From a virus (taxonomy: Duplodnaviria; Heunggongvirae; Uroviricota; Caudoviricetes), in IMG/VR virus record IMGVR_UViG_2547132281_000003, positions 1 to 9,102 of that record: a stretch of 9,102 nt of DNA; one strand, 5' to 3'. Below the pieces are notes generated by a model. The model was not told where the DNA came from, did no database searches, and saw only the letters and a list, made by a program, of their open reading frames with translations. Shown in pieces: positions 7,048-9,102 of this stretch. Made by a program: the position numbers and the translations under genes. The number at the start of each line of letters is the position of its first letter. Within the stretch, counting starts at the first letter, position 1.

Positions 7048-7637
7048 ACCGAGAAACTGGTAGGCATCCCGTTTGCAGAATATGCCTGCCTCGTGGTCAT
7101 CTGTCCTTTACGGTATTTTTTCCAGTAAAGCGGGGAAATATTGAAAGCACGTGCAGCGCCAGCAACATGACCATAGAGGTGAGCCTGCGCCTCATCCGTA
7201 AACAGCGATTCTTTCTCGCCATGCGCATCCACCCAGGCATCGCTGAGTTCCTCATACATCATGAAAAGCTGCGATGAGATACGGGCGGCAAACTTTTTCA
7301 GCTCCTTGTCATTCATTCCCGGCAGGCGCGCATAGTGGTCACGCTCAGCCAGAACCCCCATCCACAAAAGCCATGCATCACGCTGTTCAACCGGTCGGTT
7401 ATAAAACGCCTCACGTACAGCGCGATTAAACTCAGGAATGAAAACCCATTTTTCACCGGCACGAGCCTTCGGTTTGCAAGGATCACGCAATTCAATAATT
7501 GGTAATTTATTTGCCTTCACCATTTCACTGACAGCTGTCTTTGGCTTCCCTAATAAATCAGCAAATTTATCCACATGAACCGCATCAAGCGGATACTGAA
7601 TCACATAATTTTCAGCGTCCATATATGGTACCCTCAT
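7029..7637 (-). CDS. cox: Cox-like (P2 excisionase / early-promoter repressor family) N-terminal domain fused to a ~100-aa C-terminal extension of unknown origin, 202 aa
   Basis: Residues ~10-97 (YPLDAVHVDKFADLLGKPKTAVSEMVKANKLPIIELRDP...ARAGEKWVFIPEFN...QRDAWLLWMG) parallel P2 Cox (91 aa) as I remember it. Residues ~100-202 have no match I recognise. It is divergent from the C repressor gene, and its TGA overlaps the first ATG of the U fragment as ATGA. Confidence 0.6.
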   Translation of the reverse strand: MRVPYMDAENYVIQYPLDAVHVDKFADLLGKPKTAVSEMVKANKLPIIELRDPCKPKARAGEKWVFIPEFNRAVREAFYNRPVEQRDAWLLWMGVLAERDHYARLPGMNDKELKKFAARISSQLFMMYEELSDAWVDAHGEKESLFTDEAQAHLYGHVAGAARAFNISPLYWKKYRKGQMTTRQAYSANGMPTSFSVWVRKT

Positions 7638-7758
7638 AGGATCCAGCCCTTTCTAAACCACTCAAAACCGTTTAGACGCTGGTTTATTCTCAAATCAATG
7701 GAACCTATATAGGTTCCAGTTTTGAGGGAATTTAGTCCCTATATAGGCACCATGTCAA
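7638..7758. promoter_or_regulatory. Immunity switch region between the divergent cox-like and C genes, with candidate promoters and operators
   Basis: AT-rich 121-bp spacer containing an 18-bp perfect palindrome GGAACCTATATAGGTTCC (7700-7717), a second copy of its CCTATATAGG core (7738-7747), a related CCTCATAGG at the cox start (7632-7640), and a TAAACCA...TGGTTTA inverted pair (7653-7686). Confidence 0.5.
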
Positions 7759-8052
7759 ATGAAATTAAGCGAAAAGATTAAGGCCTTGCGTGAGGCTGAA
7801 GGGCTAAGCCAATCAAAATTCTGTGAAATCATAGAGTTACCGCTAAGCACACTTAAAAAATATGAAGGAGGAAACTTTGAACCCGGTGGCACAGCTTTGC
7901 TAAAAATCACTATGCATCCCACATTCCAAAAATATGCTCTATGGCTTATGACAGATAAAACCGCGCCGGACGCAGGACAAATCGCACCGGCTCTCGCGCA
8001 CATTGGGCCAGAGTCAACAGAGTCCAACCACTCCGCGAAAAGGATTGGCTAA
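7759..8052 (+). CDS. C: P2 C-type immunity repressor (helix-turn-helix), 97 aa
   Basis: LSEKI...LSQ..., the helix-turn-helix region, and the C-terminal ...TPxFxKYxLWxMT...APxxGQIAPALAH... segment match P2 repressor C as I remember it. It lies directly upstream of int, as in P2. Confidence 0.85.
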   Translation: MKLSEKIKALREAEGLSQSKFCEIIELPLSTLKKYEGGNFEPGGTALLKITMHPTFQKYALWLMTDKTAPDAGQIAPALAHIGPESTESNHSAKRIG

Positions 8053-8121
8053 CTCTATATAAAGATTACATTTTCACCATTTGCTACCAAGATGGTGAAT
8101 ACAGCGCCGGAGGGCTTTCTT

Positions 8122-9102
8122 ATGGCAATTAAGAAGCTCGATGATGGTCGCTATGAAGTGGACATTAGACCTCGCGGTCGCGACGGAAAACGCATCCGCA
8201 GGAAATTCGAAAGAAAAGCTGAAGCACTAGCATTTGAGCGATACACAATCGCCAATGCCAGTCAGAAAGAATGGGGAGGCCAGCGAGCAGACCGCCGGAC
8301 TTTGAGTGAGTTGCTGGACATCTGGTGGAAATATCACGGGCAAAACCACGAGCATGGAACAAAAGAGTTTAATCATCTACTCAAAACCATCAGCGGCATA
8401 GGTGATATACCAGTGAGCAGGATGAGCAAAAGGGCTTTGATGGATTATCGTTCCATGCGACTACGTGATGGTATCAGTGCCGCAACGATAAACCGTGACA
8501 TGTACCGATTATCCGGCATGTTCACAAAATTAATTCAATTGGATGAATTTTCCGGGCAACACCCAATTCACGGACTGCCGCCACTGGCGGAGGCCAACCC
8601 TGAAATGACGTTCCTGGAAAAAGCAGAAATCGAAAAACTGTTAAATGTTTTGGCTGGTGATGACTTACTTGTCGCGCTTTTATGTCTGAGCACTGGAGGA
8701 AGATGGACGGAAGTTGCCACGCTAAAACCAGCACAGATTACAAATTGCAGGGTTACCTTCCTGAAAACCAAAAACGGTAAAAAGCGAACCGTGCCGATTT
8801 CTGAGGAACTGGAGAAAAAAGTTAAAGAGGAGGCCAGCGCCAAATTATTCAAAGTTGATTATGAGAAATTTTGCGGGATTTTACGCAGAGTGAAACCTGA
8901 TATACCACCCAATCAGGCAACCCACATCCTGCGGCATACATTCGCAAGCCATTTCATGATGAATGGGGGCAATATAATCGCACTGCAACAGATTCTGGGA
9001 CATGCGAGCATTCAGCAGACGATGGCCTATGCGCACCTTGCGCCTGACTATCTGCAAAATGCCGTCGCTCTGAATCCACTAAAAGGCGGAGTGACGTTAT
9101 AA
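8122..9102 (+). CDS. int: P2-type tyrosine integrase (site-specific recombinase)
   Basis: MAIKKLDDGRYEVDIRP... matches the P2 Int N-terminus as I remember it. The catalytic region has HxLRH and a C-terminal Tyr (ATHILRHTFASHF...QTMAYAHL). A GGAGGG Shine-Dalgarno lies 7 nt upstream of ATG 8122; the track ORF starts 30 nt earlier at 8092. The stop is the last codon of the window. Confidence 0.93.
   Translation: MAIKKLDDGRYEVDIRPRGRDGKRIRRKFERKAEALAFERYTIANASQKEWGGQRADRRTLSELLDIWWKYHGQNHEHGTKEFNHLLKTISGIGDIPVSRMSKRALMDYRSMRLRDGISAATINRDMYRLSGMFTKLIQLDEFSGQHPIHGLPPLAEANPEMTFLEKAEIEKLLNVLAGDDLLVALLCLSTGGRWTEVATLKPAQITNCRVTFLKTKNGKKRTVPISEELEKKVKEEASAKLFKVDYEKFCGILRRVKPDIPPNQATHILRHTFASHFMMNGGNIIALQQILGHASIQQTMAYAHLAPDYLQNAVALNPLKGGVTL

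Larger units (their letters stand above)
5198..9102 (-). mobile_element. P2-like prophage remnant (deletion derivative): ogr, D, U', Cox-like fusion, C repressor, int
   Basis: Gene order and orientation reproduce the two ends of a P2 prophage (int and C one way; cox, U, D, ogr the other) with the entire middle absent. The strand given is that of the late genes. Confidence 0.8.

Noticed and set aside
7755-8027. 90-aa minus-strand ORF antisense to the C repressor gene
   Set aside because: Overlaps the well-supported plus-strand C gene, and no homology was recognised.
8092-8121. Upstream ATG extension of the integrase (MVNTAPEGFL...)
   Set aside because: The P2-type Int N-terminus begins MAIKKLDDGRYEVDIRP, and the GGAGGG Shine-Dalgarno is positioned for ATG 8122 and lies inside the proposed extension.
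1-9102. CRISPR arrays, tRNA or rRNA genes
   Set aside because: No regularly spaced direct repeats and no tRNA-like or rRNA-like sequence were seen anywhere in the window.

Overview
The window holds two adjacent IS66-family insertion sequences followed by a heavily deleted P2-like prophage remnant. IS copy 1 (1..2616) carries tnpA-tnpB-tnpC; its left end lies upstream of the window and its right inverted repeat ends at 2616. IS copy 2 (2655..5096) is a distinct, complete IS66 member with imperfect terminal inverted repeats and a perfect 8-bp target-site duplication (TTTTCCAC), inserted 30 bp beyond copy 1. From 5198 to 9102 the remnant reads, as protein matches recognised from memory, ogr (late activator), gene D (387 aa), a short gene U homologue, a Cox-like ORF with an unexplained C-terminal extension, a C-type immunity repressor and a P2-type tyrosine integrase. 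Gene order and orientation match a P2 prophage whose whole middle (replication, lysis, head and most tail genes) is missing. No rRNA, tRNA or CRISPR array was seen. I could run no searches; all homology calls rest on recognisable motifs and remembered sequences.
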